Source: Thermoguttaceae bacterium
GTDB taxonomy: Bacteria > Planctomycetota > Planctomycetia > Pirellulales > Thermoguttaceae
DNA length: 39,148 nt
NCBI GenBank assembly: GCA_049515555.1
Contig: JBEKTY010000067.1
Location: 1 to 39,148, forward strand
Direction of reading: 5' to 3'
The notes below the pieces were generated by a model. That model was given only the letters and a program-made list of their open reading frames with translations. It searched no databases and had not been told where the DNA came from. A program made the position numbers and the translations under genes. Shown one piece after another: positions 16,020 to 25,925 of the stretch. Each line of letters opens with the position of its first letter. The first letter of the stretch is position 1.

Positions 16020-18194
16020 TTACTCGAACGCCTTCGGCACGGTCGGCAGGTCGCGGGTCAGCAGGGGCGGAGCGGTCCGGCCCGCCTTCGAGTAATCAAA
16101 CGGCTTGAAGCCCAGCTTCAAGGCCGGCGAGTTCTCCTTCAGGCGGAAGTCGTCCTTCTCCGCAGCCACGAACAGGGGGTCGGCCACGATCGAGTGCTGG
16201 TCCTGGCCGAACTTCTTTTGCCATTGCTCGAAATTGAAGTCGGCGAAGAAGCGGATCGGCTTGCCCTGGTTCCAATACACGTTGTAGTCGAGCTTGTAGT
16301 GGTTGTCCCACCAGTTGTTGCCCAGCACGAGATTGGCGTTGTCCCAGTACACGATGTTTCGCTCGAGGAAGAACGACGTATGCGGCTCCGGCCTGGTCCG
16401 CTGCCACTGGGCCTCGTCGCCGAAGGCGAAGATGTTGTTCTGGATGTGGTTCTCCTTGCCGTAATGCTGGTGGAAGCCGCCCGAGTGGGCGCGGTACACC
16501 AGGTTGTTCTCCATCAGGATGCCGCTGGAACCCTCGTCGGTGTACAGCCCGTAACCGCCGTAATCGTGCGACTTGACGTCGTGGCAAAGGTTGTCGTGCA
16601 CCCGCGTGCCGGGCGAGACGCCCAAGGTGTAAACGGCGCCCATGTCCGAGAGCACGTTCTGGCCGAGCGTATGGATGTGATTGAAGCCGATGTCGTTGTG
16701 ATGCGTATGGCTGGGACCGTAGCCCCAGGTCCAGCCCACGGAGATCCCCGTGTAGTAGAAATCGTAGATGTCGTTGTGCTCGATAACGTTATGGGGCGAA
16801 TGAGCGATCCACACGCCGACGGCCGCCGGGTGCATGCGGCCGCCGTGGGCGATCAGGCACCCGCGGACCGTGTGCCGCGCGGGGATCTTCTGTTCATCGT
16901 TCTCCGTGACCCAGCCGTACATGGGGCCGCTGCCCGCGTGCCCGATCTTCACCCCGCCGGCCGCCATGTCGACCATCTCGCAGTTCTGGACGAGGTTGTC
17001 GCGGCATCCGGCGCCGAAGGCCATGGCATAACCGCCCACGTGCCGCACGGCACAAGCGTCGAAGACCAGGTTTCGGGCCCCGATCGCCGAAACGGCCCCG
17101 TCCAGGTTCACCTCCGCCTGGCCGCAAGCCTGGCCCCGCCCGGGCATGGCCCAATTGGCATGCGCCAGTGTCAGGCCCCGAAAACGAACATGCTCGACCC
17201 AGCGGCGGGCGGCCGGGTCGCCCTCCACAACCACCAGCCGTTCCAACCGCGGGGCGATGATCGCGCAGCTTTCCGGCTTCTCGCCCGGCAGGGGCACATA
17301 GGTCAGCTCGCCGCTTGTCCGGTCCAGGTACCACTGGCCCGGCTCGCCGAGCGCTTCCCGCACGTTGTCCACCAGGAATCGCTCCCCTTTGGGGAAGGCG
17401 CCCAATTCGTCCGGCCCCTCGGCGGCCCCCGCCAGCGTGACCACGCGCTGGGCCACATCCAGCGAACCGACGTGCAGCCGCATGGCAGTCCAGCCGCGAA
17501 AGACCTGGACTTCCAGGTCGCCGCGATTGGCCCAGTCGGCCCGCAGGTCGTCGCCCGAGTACCCGAACCGGTCGTGCCACTTGCGTCCGGCCTTTTCAAT
17601 GGGCGGGAAGTCCTGGGCAATCTTGTAATAGCCGTGCTTGGGCAGGCGCGGGCGGAACCGCCGCCCGTCGTTCACGAAGAGTTGCGCGAACGACCATTTC
17701 CCGGCCTTCACGTCGTCCAGAACCTTATGCCAGCGGCCGTCGCCGCCGGTCTGCCAGCCCTCCAGCCGCACTCCGCCGCTGAGGATCGGTCGTTCCTGGC
17801 CATAGGCCGCGTAGACGATGGGAATCTGCGCCGTGCCGGAATCCTCCGGGCCGAAATGGATGGGCTTGGAAAGAAAGTACGTCCCGCCGCGGATGGCCAC
17901 GACGATCGGACCGCTGCGGCCCGGCTGTCCCTTCCACGTACGAACGACCTGTTGGGCACGCTCGACGGTCGCCAGCGGACCGTCCGTTTTGGCGGCGTTG
18001 GGTCCGGAAAGCCGGCCCGACCAGGCGTCGTTGCCTTGCGGCGAGACGAAAAGGTCGGCCTCGCCCTGTGCCACGGGTTCCACAATCGCCCCCGCGCTTT
18101 GCTCGCCGGCCCGGCTCGGACCGGCCGTTGCCGCCAGCAGAATCCCCGCGGCCATCGCCATCGCAAGTCTCGTTTTCACAGTGGCGCCTCCCAT
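16020..18194 (-). CDS. Secreted right-handed parallel beta-helix repeat protein (pectin-lyase-fold; glycan-active enzyme candidate)
   Basis: 724-aa ORF with a signal peptide (MAMAAGILLAATAGPSRA). There are many Asn/His-rich repeat turns (NNLVYRAHSGGFHQHYGKENHIQNNIF...), characteristic of beta-helix carbohydrate-active proteins. The exact start (18194, 18161 or 18155) is uncertain. Confidence 0.7.
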   Translation of the reverse strand: MGGATVKTRLAMAMAAGILLAATAGPSRAGEQSAGAIVEPVAQGEADLFVSPQGNDAWSGRLSGPNAAKTDGPLATVERAQQVVRTWKGQPGRSGPIVVAIRGGTYFLSKPIHFGPEDSGTAQIPIVYAAYGQERPILSGGVRLEGWQTGGDGRWHKVLDDVKAGKWSFAQLFVNDGRRFRPRLPKHGYYKIAQDFPPIEKAGRKWHDRFGYSGDDLRADWANRGDLEVQVFRGWTAMRLHVGSLDVAQRVVTLAGAAEGPDELGAFPKGERFLVDNVREALGEPGQWYLDRTSGELTYVPLPGEKPESCAIIAPRLERLVVVEGDPAARRWVEHVRFRGLTLAHANWAMPGRGQACGQAEVNLDGAVSAIGARNLVFDACAVRHVGGYAMAFGAGCRDNLVQNCEMVDMAAGGVKIGHAGSGPMYGWVTENDEQKIPARHTVRGCLIAHGGRMHPAAVGVWIAHSPHNVIEHNDIYDFYYTGISVGWTWGYGPSHTHHNDIGFNHIHTLGQNVLSDMGAVYTLGVSPGTRVHDNLCHDVKSHDYGGYGLYTDEGSSGILMENNLVYRAHSGGFHQHYGKENHIQNNIFAFGDEAQWQRTRPEPHTSFFLERNIVYWDNANLVLGNNWWDNHYKLDYNVYWNQGKPIRFFADFNFEQWQKKFGQDQHSIVADPLFVAAEKDDFRLKENSPALKLGFKPFDYSKAGRTAPPLLTRDLPTVPKAFE

Positions 18195-18200
18195 GCGAAG

Positions 18201-18278
18201 GTAACAGGCACACTCCGTGTGCCGTCCGCCATGCCTTTGTCCGCTTCAGCGGACGGCACACGGAGTGTGCCTGCTACC
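18201..18278. promoter_or_regulatory. Nested palindrome in a divergent intergenic region: two inverted copies of (a)ggcacac-tccg-tgtgcc flanking an inner hairpin gtccgc...gcggac
   Basis: Read directly: gtaacaggcacactccgtgtgccgtccgc catgcctttgtcc gcttca gcggacggcacacggagtgtgcctgctacc. Confidence 0.5.
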
Positions 18279-18406
18279 TTCATGCCGTAAACGGTTACCG
18301 TAAAGACAATACCCCCACGATTACGAACTGTTCATCCTAACCTCGCGCCCTTACGGCTGCAACGCAGGAGAGAGTGCGAAGGAAAGGACTCGCGGCGCGG
18401 AGACGA

Positions 18407-18436
18407 TTGCCCGATCCCGCACGCTCGCGGTATACT
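18407..18436 (+). promoter_or_regulatory. Candidate sigma-70-like promoter (TTGCCC - 18 nt - TATACT) for the fucosidase gene
   Basis: Hexamers read directly, about 30 nt upstream of ATG 18467. RBS aaagga. Confidence 0.35.
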
Positions 18437-18466
18437 GACGGCCTCACAAGAGAAAGGAAACCTGCC

Positions 18467-20479
18467 ATGACTGGCCAGACCATCGGACATGTCGTCATGA
18501 GCTGTATCGCCTGCGTACTGGCGGCCGCGCCGGCCTGCGCAGCAGACTGCCCGCCGCCGGCCCAATCGCCGCCGGGGAAAACAGCGGTCGCCCACGGGCC
18601 GTTCCAACCGACCTGGGAGTCGCTGAAACAGTACAAGTGCCCCGAATGGTTCCGCGACGCCAAGTTGGGCATCTGGGCCGTGTGGGGGCCGGAGTGTGTG
18701 CCCGAGCAGGGCGACTGGTACGCCCACAGGCTCTACGACCCGAACGACGCCGCCTACAAGTACCACCTTGCGCATTACGGGCATCCCTCGAAGTTCGGGT
18801 TCAAGGACATCATTCCGCTCTGGAAGGCCGAGCGCTGGGACCCCGACCGCCTGATGGGGCTCTACAAGAAGGCCGGGGCGAAATACTTCTGCATGATCGC
18901 CGAGCACCACGACAACTTCGACTGTTGGAACTCGAAACACCAGAAATGGAACTCCGTCAACATGGGCCCGAAGCGCGACATCGCGGGCGGATGGCGGGAG
19001 GCGGCCCGGAAACTCGGTCTGCGGTTCGGCATGACCGAGCACCTGGCGGCCAGTTGGTGGTTCTATAGCCTGGCCAAAGGGGCCGACAAGAAGGGCCCCC
19101 TGGCCGGCGTGCCCTACGATGGCGCAGACCCGCGCTATGCCGATCTGTATTGGGTCGGCAATGAGCGGCCCCAGGAGAATTACTACTGTCCGCACGGCCC
19201 GGCCTATATCAAGCAGGCCTGGTTCGACCGCATCCAGGACATGATCGACCGCTATCATCCCGACCTGCTCTACAGCGACAGTCCCCTGCCGTATCCCGAC
19301 GAGTTCGGCCGCAAGCTTCTGGCCCACTATTACAACCAGAGCGCGCGGCGGCACGCCGGCCGGGCAGAGGCCGTCTATACTTGCAAGCAAGACTCGCGCG
19401 GCATGTGGGTCCAGGATCTCGAACGGGGTGTGATGGACAAGATTTGCCCGGTGCCTTGGCAGACCGACACGTGCGTGGGCGGCTGGTACTACGACGTGAA
19501 CCTGGCCAAGGCCCACGGCTACAAGTCGACCGCCACGGTGATCCAGATGCTATGCGATATCGTGAGCAAAAACGGCAATTTGCTGCTGAACTTTCCGCCG
19601 CGTCCCGACGGTACGCTCGACGACGACGAGCTGAAGATTCTCGACGGGATGGCCGCCTGGACGGCGATCAACGGCGCGGCGATCTACGGCACGCGGCCGT
19701 GGAAGATCTTCGGCGAAACCTCGCGCAAGCTGCAGGGCGGCATGTTCAACGAGGGCGCTTTGCACTACACGGCCAAAGACATTCGCTTTACGACCAAGGG
19801 CGACGCGCTTTACGCCATTGCCCTGGGTTGGCCGGAGGACCGCCGGCTGACGGTTCGCTCGTTGGCCGCCGCGGCGGGAAAGATCACCGCCGTTACGCTG
19901 CTCGGTCATTCGGGCGATCTGCCCTGGTCGCAGACGGCCGAGGGCCTGATCGTAACGCTGCCGGAAAAAAAGCCGTGCGAGCATGCCTACGCCTTGAAGG
20001 TCCTTGGCGACAGCCTGAAACCTGTGCCTCTGCCGAAGAACGAAACGGCCATTCACCCAGGGGCCGACGGCAAGATCGTGCTGCCCGCAAACGAAGCCGA
20101 AATTCACGGCGATACGCCCCAATACGAGCACGACGCCCAGAAGGATCAGATCGGCTTCTGGGCCGATGCCAATGACTTTGTCTCATGGAATTTCCAGGTC
20201 GCCAAGGCCGGGTCCTTTGACGTTTCTATCACCTACTCCTGCCAGCCGGGCGCCGAGGGGAGCCAATTCGCCGTCCAGGCCGGCGGCCAGACGCTGGTCG
20301 GCCGCTCTAAGCCCACGCAGTCGTGGTCCACCTACCGGACTGAACCGCTCGGCAGGTTCCGCTTCGTCCAGACCGGCAATTACACGCTGGCCGTCAAGCC
20401 CAAGGCCGACCCGGCGTGGAAGGTCATCGGACTCAATTGCATCACCCTCCAGCCCGTGCCCGCTGGTGCAAACAATTAG
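18467..20479 (+). CDS. Alpha-L-fucosidase, glycoside hydrolase family 29, with a C-terminal beta-sandwich (carbohydrate-binding-like) domain
   Basis: The ORF frame runs 18374-20479. The internal ATG at 18467 gives a signal peptide. The GH29 hallmarks CPEWFRDAKLGIWAVWGP and MIAEHHDNFDCWNS are present. Confidence 0.85.
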   Translation: MTGQTIGHVVMSCIACVLAAAPACAADCPPPAQSPPGKTAVAHGPFQPTWESLKQYKCPEWFRDAKLGIWAVWGPECVPEQGDWYAHRLYDPNDAAYKYHLAHYGHPSKFGFKDIIPLWKAERWDPDRLMGLYKKAGAKYFCMIAEHHDNFDCWNSKHQKWNSVNMGPKRDIAGGWREAARKLGLRFGMTEHLAASWWFYSLAKGADKKGPLAGVPYDGADPRYADLYWVGNERPQENYYCPHGPAYIKQAWFDRIQDMIDRYHPDLLYSDSPLPYPDEFGRKLLAHYYNQSARRHAGRAEAVYTCKQDSRGMWVQDLERGVMDKICPVPWQTDTCVGGWYYDVNLAKAHGYKSTATVIQMLCDIVSKNGNLLLNFPPRPDGTLDDDELKILDGMAAWTAINGAAIYGTRPWKIFGETSRKLQGGMFNEGALHYTAKDIRFTTKGDALYAIALGWPEDRRLTVRSLAAAAGKITAVTLLGHSGDLPWSQTAEGLIVTLPEKKPCEHAYALKVLGDSLKPVPLPKNETAIHPGADGKIVLPANEAEIHGDTPQYEHDAQKDQIGFWADANDFVSWNFQVAKAGSFDVSITYSCQPGAEGSQFAVQAGGQTLVGRSKPTQSWSTYRTEPLGRFRFVQTGNYTLAVKPKADPAWKVIGLNCITLQPVPAGANN

Positions 20480-20499
20480 CCGAGGAGCAGAGTGGCCCC

Positions 20500-21801
20500 A
20501 TGCTTCACGACCCCAGTCATTATGAGCCGCCGCCGATTGCGGAGGAGATCGAGCTCGGCGATCGCGACACGGACGTGCTGCGCCGGCTGGCGGGCGAGGT
20601 GGCCGAGATCGCCGCTTTGCCCGTCCACCAGGAGAAGGCCCGGTTGTGGCAGCGGCTCAACGATCTGGAGTCCGTGCGTCCGATGGTCTGGATCAATGAA
20701 ATTCCCTGGCACGAGATGGACGTCGCCGGGGAATTGACCCTGACGACGGAGCACGCCTGGGCCCGGGACCAGGAGCGCGAGCTGCGGCGGACGCTGTACC
20801 AGTGGCGGCACATGCCGGGCGACATGATCGTCAGCCCGTACCTGGCCTGTCCGTTGGCTGTCCACAGCACCGATTTCGGGATTATCGAGGACGTGGACGT
20901 TGCGCGGACCGACGCGGCCAGCGACGTCGTCTCGCGGCATTTCAAGATCCAAATCCGCGACTGGCCCGACCTGGAAAAGATCAAGATGCCCGTGGTCACG
21001 CACCACGAAGCGGCCACGCACTTTCGCTACGAGGCGATGTGCCGTGTGTACGATCGTATACTGCCGGTCCGCAAGGTGGGCCAGACGCACATCTGGTTCA
21101 CGCCCTGGGACTACCTCATCCGCTGGTGGGGCGTCGAGGAGGCCATGATCGATCTGGTCGAGCGGCCGGACCTGGTGCATGCCGCCGTCGAGCGGATGGT
21201 CGACGCCTGGCTGGCCGAGCTCGAGCAGTTCGAGGCCATGAACCTGCTGTCGCTGGACTGCGACAACACGCGAATCGGTTCCGGCGGCTACGGCTACACC
21301 CGATGCCTGCCGGGCGAGAACTACGACCCGTCCCGCGCGAGGCCGCACAACATGTGGGGCTGCTCCAACGCGCAGATATTCTCCGAGGTCTCCCCGCAAA
21401 TGCACTGGGATTTCGCGATTCAGCACGACCTGCGCTGGCTGTCGCGCTGGGGCCTGACGTACTACGGTTGCTGTGAGCCCTTGGACCGCAAGATCGAGAT
21501 CCTGCGGCGGATCCCGAATCTCCGCAAGATTTCGGTGAGCCCTTGGTGCAGCACCGAGCGGGTGGTGCGGCAGGTCGGCCGCGATTACGTGATGAGCCGA
21601 AAGCCCAGCCCGGCGATCTTCGCCGAGGACCGTTGGCGGCCGGAGCCGGCGAAGCAGGCTTTGCGCGAGTTCCTGGACCAGGCCCGCGGCTGCCACGTGG
21701 AGCTGATCATGAAGGACATCTCGACCGTGCGTTACCAGCCGCAGCGCCTGTGGCAGTGGGCCCGCATGGCCGCTGAGGTGGCGGAAGAATATTGTGCCTG
21801 A
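20500..21801 (+). CDS. Hypothetical protein, possibly URO-D-like TIM-barrel fold
   Basis: The ORF frame runs 20416-21801. The internal ATG at 20500 follows gaggag. The C-terminal half (YYGCCEPLDRKIEILRRIPNLRKISVSPWCS...SRKPSPAIF) loosely resembles URO-D family blocks. Low confidence on family. Confidence 0.55.
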   Translation: MLHDPSHYEPPPIAEEIELGDRDTDVLRRLAGEVAEIAALPVHQEKARLWQRLNDLESVRPMVWINEIPWHEMDVAGELTLTTEHAWARDQERELRRTLYQWRHMPGDMIVSPYLACPLAVHSTDFGIIEDVDVARTDAASDVVSRHFKIQIRDWPDLEKIKMPVVTHHEAATHFRYEAMCRVYDRILPVRKVGQTHIWFTPWDYLIRWWGVEEAMIDLVERPDLVHAAVERMVDAWLAELEQFEAMNLLSLDCDNTRIGSGGYGYTRCLPGENYDPSRARPHNMWGCSNAQIFSEVSPQMHWDFAIQHDLRWLSRWGLTYYGCCEPLDRKIEILRRIPNLRKISVSPWCSTERVVRQVGRDYVMSRKPSPAIFAEDRWRPEPAKQALREFLDQARGCHVELIMKDISTVRYQPQRLWQWARMAAEVAEEYCA

Positions 21802-21809
21802 AAGGTTGT

Positions 21810-21887
21810 GGTGGGGCTCGCTAGCGCTCGACCCACCCTACATCTTCGCCTCCTCGTAGGGTGGGTCGAGCGCTAGCGAGCCCCACC
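21810..21887. terminator. Perfect 32-bp inverted repeat with 14-nt loop between convergent genes (candidate bidirectional terminator)
   Basis: ggtggggctcgctagcgctcgacccaccctac atcttcgcctcctc gtagggtgggtcgagcgctagcgagccccacc, read directly. Confidence 0.7.
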
Positions 21888-21895
21888 AGAACCCG

Positions 21896-23992
21896 TTATA
21901 TCTTTGCCTTCTCGTAGGCAATTACCGCCGCGCCGGGTTTGGCCTTGATCTCGACCGGCAGGCCCTGCGACATCAACTCTTTGCCCGTCACTCTCTTGGG
22001 CGCCTTGGCATCGAGATCGAGCACGTCGTACGCGGCGTCCGGGTCGAGGCCGCTCAGTCGCAGCAGGCTGACAGGCTCCTCGGTCTTGGCCCGCCGAAAG
22101 GCCTGCACGACCCCGTCGCCTTGCTCGGGGCGGTTGAACTGCCAGGCGATCCACTTGTCTTCCGCCACGCTGTAGGGCGTCAAAGGGTAATAGTCGCCGT
22201 AGAAGCAGGGGACGATCCGCCGCCACTCCTCGGCCAGCTTGCGCAGCAGGTCGTAATTCAGGTCCTTGTTCCGCAGGTCGTACCCCAGCACCGTGCTCAT
22301 GCCGTAACCGCTGCGAATGGCGTATGGGTCGACCGTGCCCACCGGAACCGTATTGGAGCCGAAGTAGGGAATCCACTGGCAAAGGCTGGAGTGGTAGGCC
22401 TGCTTGACGGCCAAATCGGCGTAGTTGTAGTCGGTGGGGTGCAGCGGGACGGCGCGGCGCATGGTTTCCAGGTCGTTTCGGCGGCCGCCGGAGGCGCAAC
22501 TGTCGACGATCAGGCCCGGATGCCGCCGGCGGAGCTCGTCCCAATAGGCCAGGTAGCCTTGCACGTGCAGGTTCTCGGTCATGCCCAGACGATCGGGCGG
22601 ATCGTTGTTTCGCCAACAGCCCAGCGGATCCATGTTGAAATCCTGGCGGTACAGCCCGATGCCCTGCTCGCTGATGACACGGTCCACGTGATCGGTGAGC
22701 CACTCTCGGGCCCGGGCGTCGCCCAGGTTCAACAGGGGGCCCAGCAGCCATTCCGGATGGTGCTTCGAGAGCCACGTGCCGCCGGCCACGCGCTCCGGCT
22801 CGAACCAGACCAGGGTTTTCACGCCGTGCTGGCGGGCATGATCTGAAATCGCCCGCAGCCCGTGCGGGAAACGGACCACGTCGGGTTCCCAGGTCCCCGT
22901 GTTCCACCATTGCCCGTTGCAGGGATACCAGCCGGCATCCATCCACCAGAAGTCGATCTTGACCCGTTCTTCCCGATAGCGATCGATGAAGTGCTTCTGG
23001 TTCTCTTCGTTGGCGTTGCACATCTCGTTGAACTCCAGCGAGGTGTTGCCGAACAGGTTGGGCGGCGGCAGGCCGGCGTCGGCGGTGCGGGGCAGATTGT
23101 GGGCGATCATCCACCGCCGCCAAAGATTCTGTGCCGCCGCGGTGTCGCTGCCTTGCCAGAAGAGCATGGCCACCAGCGGCGTGCGGATCTCCTCCCCGGG
23201 ATTCAGCGTCAGGTGCGTGAACTCCTGCCCCGCGGCGATCCGCAGGCCGCGCTGGGCATCGCGAAGGAATGTCGTCGCCCACTGGCCGGGCCAGCCGACG
23301 GCCAGCATCACGCCGCCGCCGGGCATCTGCACGTTGTAATAGGGAAATGCACCGTTCGATGACCTCCCGCCGGCGGGGGCAAAATGCACCTCGGCCCGCG
23401 GACCAAGGACTTGCGTCAACGGCTCGTACAGATTCGGGCCGCTCGTGTCGCCCCGCCAGTGCCACAACACGAACTCGCCCGCCTCCGGCCGCTGGATCTT
23501 CGCGTCCAGCCCCCGGACGTTCTCCAGGATGGGCGACTTCTGCCGGCCCGTGTTCTTGAAGTACACCGTCCACTCACAGGCTGGGAAGTCGGCATACTCG
23601 ACCGCCACGCAACGGGCCGCCAGGCCGGTCTGGGGATCGGTCCACACCAGCGTGTGCCGCGTGCGGGCGTCGTCGAGCTTCCGGCTGTCGGTCTGCTTCG
23701 GCCAGCCCGCCAGAAGATCGTCCGAGGTTCGGCCCGCATACTGAAAAGCGAACGGCAGACGGCTCGTGCGCCGTATCGATTCGATAGACTGCGACGCCGG
23801 GCGGTGATCTTGCACGGGTGGTTGTGCTTCAGCCGTGCCGGGCGGCAGCGGATTCAATCGACACTGCAACAGGCGGTCCCGCAGCCATTCATCTCTGTTC
23901 TGCATCGCCTGGACAGCCGGGCTTCCGGCAACGGCCTGAAGAGCACAGGCCACGGCCACGATTATCCCCGCCACGAACGTATCCACTCGCAT
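21896..23992 (-). CDS. Glycoside hydrolase family 36-like alpha-galactosidase, secreted
   Basis: 698 aa with a signal peptide. The motifs DFWWMDAGWY, YRQDFNMDP and DSCASGGRRNDLE resemble the GH36 catalytic region (CSSGGGR-type). Confidence 0.75.
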   Translation of the reverse strand: MRVDTFVAGIIVAVACALQAVAGSPAVQAMQNRDEWLRDRLLQCRLNPLPPGTAEAQPPVQDHRPASQSIESIRRTSRLPFAFQYAGRTSDDLLAGWPKQTDSRKLDDARTRHTLVWTDPQTGLAARCVAVEYADFPACEWTVYFKNTGRQKSPILENVRGLDAKIQRPEAGEFVLWHWRGDTSGPNLYEPLTQVLGPRAEVHFAPAGGRSSNGAFPYYNVQMPGGGVMLAVGWPGQWATTFLRDAQRGLRIAAGQEFTHLTLNPGEEIRTPLVAMLFWQGSDTAAAQNLWRRWMIAHNLPRTADAGLPPPNLFGNTSLEFNEMCNANEENQKHFIDRYREERVKIDFWWMDAGWYPCNGQWWNTGTWEPDVVRFPHGLRAISDHARQHGVKTLVWFEPERVAGGTWLSKHHPEWLLGPLLNLGDARAREWLTDHVDRVISEQGIGLYRQDFNMDPLGCWRNNDPPDRLGMTENLHVQGYLAYWDELRRRHPGLIVDSCASGGRRNDLETMRRAVPLHPTDYNYADLAVKQAYHSSLCQWIPYFGSNTVPVGTVDPYAIRSGYGMSTVLGYDLRNKDLNYDLLRKLAEEWRRIVPCFYGDYYPLTPYSVAEDKWIAWQFNRPEQGDGVVQAFRRAKTEEPVSLLRLSGLDPDAAYDVLDLDAKAPKRVTGKELMSQGLPVEIKAKPGAAVIAYEKAKI

Positions 23993-24039
23993 GGCCTGTC
24001 TCCTCGATCAGCTTGGATTGATTTGGGCCAATAAGGGCC

Positions 24040-24123
24040 GGCCGAAGAATTAGTTCGGCATCTTCCGTACTCCTCTCGCTCCGCGAGAGGAATGGCATCA
24101 CGCGGAGCGTGATGCGTACGGAA
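24040..24123. promoter_or_regulatory. Cluster of three hairpins in a divergent promoter region: gccgaa-gaattag-ttcggc, then an outer stem cttccgtac/gtacggaag enclosing two tetraloop hairpins (cctctcgc-tccg-cgagagg and catcacgc-ggag-cgtgatg)
   Basis: Read directly, between GH36 start (23992, minus strand) and the esterase start (24376, plus strand). Confidence 0.45.
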
Positions 24124-24375
24124 GTAATTTGTCGGCCCATGCCACGCCACAGTCGGTTTGGCTGCCGCCGGGGCACGCTGCGCGCCGCAACCGCCTCCTA
24201 TGGTAACCAAGAGCTACGTGGAATTCCAGTTGGTCCGCCGATTTTCCCGCCGGCCATCTGGTCCCACCAGAAGCGGTGCCCTTGCCCCGCGACGCAAGTC
24301 CGTGCAAAATAGCCGGAACCGGGTTGTTGCCCAGGAGTAACCGTTCACGGCATGAAAATTAGAAAGAGTTGTACG

Positions 24376-25875
24376 ATGCACATCCAAAGAGTTTTGGCCT
24401 TAGCGACCATGGCAACCGCCATTTTGATTCCCACGGCGGCCACCGACGCCATGAACCACAACCTGGTTTGGCCGTGGAACGACAAGTGCTCGCCGCCGCA
24501 AACCGCCTACCTGGCATTCCACAGTCCGCAGTCGGCCGACATGCTTTTCGATCGGGCCTCGTTGGGGTCCGGGCAATCGTCGCTGGAGTTCGTCTGCCAG
24601 GCGGGATTGCGCAGCGTGGGCCTGACTTGGACCCTGCACCGGAACATGGTTGCCAAGCCCTTCCGCAGCGGCCAGGCGCAGCCGCTGCCGGCCAACCGGT
24701 TTTGCATGCGCATCGTGCCCGAGGGGCTGCCGCCCGGTTTTTACGACCTGAAGGTGGTTCTCGATACGGGAATGCAAACGATCGATCCCAAGGACGAACG
24801 ACCGGTCAGGGGTGTCTGCGTCTTCGGCTGGCGCGCGGCGGAAATGGCCGTGCAGGATTCTCGTCCCGCCGATTTCAAGGCCTTTTGGGAGCGGGCGAAG
24901 GCACGGCTGGCGGCGATTCCCCTGGACGTTCGCAACGAGACGCCGATGCAGTCGTTCAATCGCGCGGGGATCAACGCCTATAACCTGAAGAGCGCCTGTC
25001 TGCCGGCCGACTATGACCCCCAGGGGCACAAGGTCGAGGAAGTCGAGAGCTGCAAGATCAGCTTCGCCGGGCCGGATGGCGGCCGGGTTTACGCCTGGCT
25101 GGCCAAGCCCAAGGGAGCGGGGCCCTTCCCGGCGATGCTGGTATTGCCCGGCGCCGGCTTTACGGCCCGGCCGCGGCCACTGGAACACGCCCGCCACGGT
25201 TATCTGGCGATCGACGTCCAGATCCACGGCCAGGACGTGGATCTGCCCAAGTACCCGACGTTGCCGGGTTATTACGACGGTTTCCAGTTCGAGCCGCCCG
25301 AGGCATACTACTACTATAATGTCCATCTGCGGGTCGTGCAGGTGGTCAATTACCTGGCTTCTCGCCCGGATGTCGATGCCCGGCGGATCGTGGCGGTGGG
25401 CGGGAGCCAGGGCGGCCGGCTGAGCATCGTCGTTGCGGGCCTCGACCGCCGAATTGCCGCCGCCGTGGCCGCTATTGCCAACTCGCCCAACTATCCGCAC
25501 CTGCATTGGGTTGCCCGCTGCAACGGGCTGGACAAGCCCTGGGATTACCCGTTGGATCCAAAGCTCAAGGACCGGATCAAGTCTGACGGGATGGACCTGG
25601 CCGGCCAGCCGCCCGCGGTAACCGATCCCGACGGCCGCTGCTTCGCCTACTACGACCCGATGAACTTCGCGCCGGACATCCGCTGTCCGGTTCTGATGAA
25701 TGCCGGGATGATCGACCCGGCGTCGCCTCCCTTCAGCGTGTGGGCGGTCTACAACCGCTTGGCGTCGAGGCACAAGGCGCTCATTCCGCAGCCGGGCCTC
25801 GCCCACGACTGGTCCGCCGAGTTCGACCGCCGGGCCTGGCATTGGCTGGAGAAGCTCTGGCTGGAGAAGCCCTAG
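24376..25875 (+). CDS. Acetyl xylan esterase / cephalosporin-C deacetylase family (AXE1-like) alpha/beta hydrolase, secreted
   Basis: The ORF frame runs 24352-25875. The ATG at 24376 follows agaaagag. A signal peptide is present. The GGSQGG nucleophile elbow and AXE1-like length and architecture are recognisable. Confidence 0.8.
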   Translation: MHIQRVLALATMATAILIPTAATDAMNHNLVWPWNDKCSPPQTAYLAFHSPQSADMLFDRASLGSGQSSLEFVCQAGLRSVGLTWTLHRNMVAKPFRSGQAQPLPANRFCMRIVPEGLPPGFYDLKVVLDTGMQTIDPKDERPVRGVCVFGWRAAEMAVQDSRPADFKAFWERAKARLAAIPLDVRNETPMQSFNRAGINAYNLKSACLPADYDPQGHKVEEVESCKISFAGPDGGRVYAWLAKPKGAGPFPAMLVLPGAGFTARPRPLEHARHGYLAIDVQIHGQDVDLPKYPTLPGYYDGFQFEPPEAYYYYNVHLRVVQVVNYLASRPDVDARRIVAVGGSQGGRLSIVVAGLDRRIAAAVAAIANSPNYPHLHWVARCNGLDKPWDYPLDPKLKDRIKSDGMDLAGQPPAVTDPDGRCFAYYDPMNFAPDIRCPVLMNAGMIDPASPPFSVWAVYNRLASRHKALIPQPGLAHDWSAEFDRRAWHWLEKLWLEKP

Positions 25876-25925
25876 ACAGAAAGCCGCGCCCGTGTTATCA
25901 AGGGAGCCTGCAAGACGGCGGATGA

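Noticed and set aside
15924-18290. 788-aa plus-strand ORF antisense to the beta-helix gene
   Set aside because: No start context or recognisable domains, and composition-biased. The minus-strand ORF carries the convincing repeat architecture and signal peptide.
18332-19516. 394-aa minus-strand ORF opposite the GH29 gene
   Set aside because: Shadow ORF. GH29 motifs are unambiguous on the plus strand.
24400-25842. 480-aa minus-strand ORF opposite the acetyl-xylan-esterase gene
   Set aside because: Shadow ORF. It is a low-complexity R/G/P-rich product.
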